From Edaphobacter aggregans (GTDB lineage Bacteria > Acidobacteriota > Terriglobia > Terriglobales > Acidobacteriaceae): a DNA stretch of 32,000 nucleotides. Positions 30,122-32,000 of the stretch are shown piece after piece. The position numbers and the translations under genes were made by a program. The notes beneath the pieces are model-generated. The model did no database searches. It saw only the letters and a program-made list of their open reading frames with translations, and was not told the DNA's origin. Where the stretch lies: NCBI RefSeq assembly GCF_003945235.1, contig NZ_RSDW01000001.1:6120257-6152256 (forward strand), written 5' to 3'. The first letter of the stretch is position 1. Every line of letters starts with the position of its first letter.

Positions 30122-32000
30122 ATGTACGTAGTAAGCCTTCTGGCTATAGCCGTTCAGGAACAAGTTCCCTTTACACCTGCAAGTGCTGATGATGGGCGGA
30201 TGTGGCTGTGGATTGCGCTGGGCGTCGGGGTATTGGCGCTGGGAGCGGCGCTGATGCTGGCGCGTGCTGTGATTGCGGCGGATACGGGAACGGCTGACAT
30301 GCGGGCGATTTCGGATGCGATCCGCGAAGGGGCCGAGGCGTTTTTGAAGAGGCAGTACAGGACGATCGGCGCGATTGCTGTCGTGCTGGCTGTGCTGCTG
30401 TTCTTTGGGTATCACCTGTCGCCCAGGACGGCGCCGTTTGCGCTGAAGACGGTGGTGAGCTTTCTGATGGGTGCGGTGTGCTCGGCTCTGGCAGGGTATA
30501 CAGGGATGTACTGCTCGATACGTGCGAACATACGAACGGCTTCGGCGGCGCGTACGAGTTTGAATGATGCACTACGAATGGCGTTGCATGGCGGTGCGGT
30601 TACGGGGCTTGTGGTCGTGGCGCTATCGCTCCTTGGCGTGGGTGTGCTGTTCCTATTCTTCGGTGGGCTGGAGAATCCTCAGGCGGTGCCATATCAGCTG
30701 GTTGGCTTTGGATTCGGGGCTTCGCTTGTGGCGCTGTTTGCTCAGTTGGGCGGCGGAATTTATACGAAGGCTGCGGATGTCGGTGCTGACCTTGTCGGCA
30801 AGGTGGAGGCCGGGATTCCGGAGGATGATCCGAGGAATCCGGCGGTGATTGCGGACCTGGTGGGCGACAATGTTGGCGACTGTGCGGGTCGCGGCGCTGA
30901 CTTGTTTGAGTCGACTGCAGCGGAGAATGTGGGCGCAATGATTCTGGGCGCTGCGCTGTATCCGGTGTTCGGGGTGAAAGGGATTTTGTTTCCGCTGATC
31001 GTTCATGCGATCAACTTGATTGCGAGCACGGTGGGCGTATTTGTGGTGAAGACACGCGAAGATGAAGACCCGATGCATGCTTTGAACAAAGGGTTCTACG
31101 TGACTTCGGCGCTGGCGTTGGCGGGCTTTGCGGTTGCTGTGTACACGATGCTGAATGGGCCACTAGTGCAGCCGTTGTGGCTGCTCGGCTGCGGCGTGAT
31201 CGGTTTGGGTACGGCGTTTTTATTTGTGTGGATTACGGAGTACTACACGGAGTCGAGGTATCGGCCGGTGAAGTCGATTGCCGAGGCTTCACTGACTGGC
31301 CCGGCGACGAATATCATCAGCGGGCTTGCGGTTGGTATGGAGACACCGGCGGCTCCTGTGCTGGTGATATCGGCGGCGTTGCTGCTGAGCTACTACTTTG
31401 GCGTGCAAGGGTTGGCGAATGTTGCTGGCATCAGCGATTATGCGAAGGGCATTTATGGCACGGCGATCGCCACGATGGGAATGCTGAGTTGCGCGGCTTA
31501 CATTCTGGCGATGGATACGTTTGGACCGATTACGGATAACGCAGGCGGCATTATCGAGATGTCGCATCAACCGCATGAGATTCGTGAGCGGACGGACAAG
31601 CTGGATTCGGCGGGGAATACGACCAAGGCGCTGACGAAGGGGTATGCGATTGGTTCGGCTTCGCTGGCGGCGTTTCTGCTGTTTTCTGCGTATCTTGAAC
31701 AGATCAAGACAATTGTGACCGATAAGGTTGCACATGCTGGCGGTTACATGCCACAGGGGTGGAGCTTTACGAATATCAATCTGGCGCAGATTCCTGTGTT
31801 TGTCGGTGCACTGTTGGGTGCGATGTTGACATATCTGTTTAGCTCGCTGGCCATCAAGGCGGTGGGGCGGACGGCGCAGATGGTTGTGCAGGATGTGCGG
31901 GCGCAGTTCAAGGAGAATCCCGGGATCATGGAGGGAACTTCGAAGCCGGACTATGCTCGGTGCGTCCATATTGTGACGGGCGCGGCGCTGAAGGAGATGG
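30122..32000 (+). CDS. hppA: membrane-bound proton-translocating pyrophosphatase (H+-PPase), 5' partial gene running off the window
   Basis: Not in the ORF track because it has no stop in the window. My own translation gives ...MWLWIALGVGVLALGAALMLARAVIAADTGTADMRAISDAIREGAEAFLKRQYRTI... It continues GFGFGASLVALFAQLGGGIYTKAADVGADLVGKVEAGIPEDDPRNPAVIADLVGDNVGDCAGRGADLFES... and then DTFGPITDNAGGI...DSAGNTTKALTKGYAIGSA. GNTTKA with Lys is the K+-independent signature. AAGGAG lies 8 nt upstream of ATG 30122. An alternative start is ATG 30200. Confidence 0.93.
   Translation, partial: MYVVSLLAIAVQEQVPFTPASADDGRMWLWIALGVGVLALGAALMLARAVIAADTGTADMRAISDAIREGAEAFLKRQYRTIGAIAVVLAVLLFFGYHLSPRTAPFALKTVVSFLMGAVCSALAGYTGMYCSIRANIRTASAARTSLNDALRMALHGGAVTGLVVVALSLLGVGVLFLFFGGLENPQAVPYQLVGFGFGASLVALFAQLGGGIYTKAADVGADLVGKVEAGIPEDDPRNPAVIADLVGDNVGDCAGRGADLFESTAAENVGAMILGAALYPVFGVKGILFPLIVHAINLIASTVGVFVVKTREDEDPMHALNKGFYVTSALALAGFAVAVYTMLNGPLVQPLWLLGCGVIGLGTAFLFVWITEYYTESRYRPVKSIAEASLTGPATNIISGLAVGMETPAAPVLVISAALLLSYYFGVQGLANVAGISDYAKGIYGTAIATMGMLSCAAYILAMDTFGPITDNAGGIIEMSHQPHEIRERTDKLDSAGNTTKALTKGYAIGSASLAAFLLFSAYLEQIKTIVTDKVAHAGGYMPQGWSFTNINLAQIPVFVGALLGAMLTYLFSSLAIKAVGRTAQMVVQDVRAQFKENPGIMEGTSKPDYARCVHIVTGAALKEM

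Noticed and set aside
1-32000. Looked for CRISPR arrays, IS elements or transposases, integrases, phage genes, toxin-antitoxin pairs, and rRNA or tRNA genes.
   Set aside because: I saw no regularly spaced direct repeats, no DDE or tyrosine-recombinase-like products, and no RNA-gene signatures in any frame or strand. Their absence is judged by eye only.

Overview
This is a high-G+C bacterial chromosomal window. The TIGR03435-type 'soil-associated' protein and the general gene style suggest Acidobacteriota/Terriglobia, but that is inference only, with no database search behind it.

**Positions 1-11.1 kb, + strand.** One tightly packed flagellar operon: flgE, fliL, a small extra FliN/SpoA-like gene, fliO, fliP, fliQ, fliR, flhB, flhA, fliA (sigma-28), fliM, fliN. 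It ends with an uncharacterised gene that overlaps the fliN stop. That gene carries two tandem MshEN-type (c-di-GMP-binding) 24-residue motifs, a T2SS-E N-terminal-like segment and no ATPase domain. I consider it the best candidate for something new.

**Positions 11.1-25.9 kb.** Mostly housekeeping or envelope genes:
- a secreted peptidoglycan-binding-domain protein
- DegP/HtrA
- a minus-strand chain of truA, an M20 peptidase, a TIGR03435 protein, an amidohydrolase and an EamA transporter
- a long TolC-family outer-membrane protein
- a DUF255 thioredoxin-like protein
- an AAA_28 ATPase
- an MscS channel

**Positions 26.0-29.9 kb.** This stretch looks accessory-like:
- Three paralogous small signal-peptide proteins share a conserved ~56-aa C-terminal helical module.
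- They surround a visibly lower-G+C secreted-protein gene whose reading frame appears broken twice at homopolymer runs.
- They also flank a subtilisin-like S8 protease that has an I9 propeptide.

**Right edge.** The window ends inside a membrane H+-pyrophosphatase gene (hppA). The supplied ORF track omits it because it has no stop codon in the window.

**Other observations.**
- A G10 homopolymer lies in the fliA 5' region.
- A Shine-Dalgarno-preceded 6-codon uORF lies in front of fliL.
- Heptad GGG-tract repeats occur inside an insertion in truA and in the leader of the DUF255 gene.

I recognised no rRNA, tRNA, CRISPR array, transposase or integrase. All functional calls rest on motif recognition by eye in the supplied translations, not on searches.
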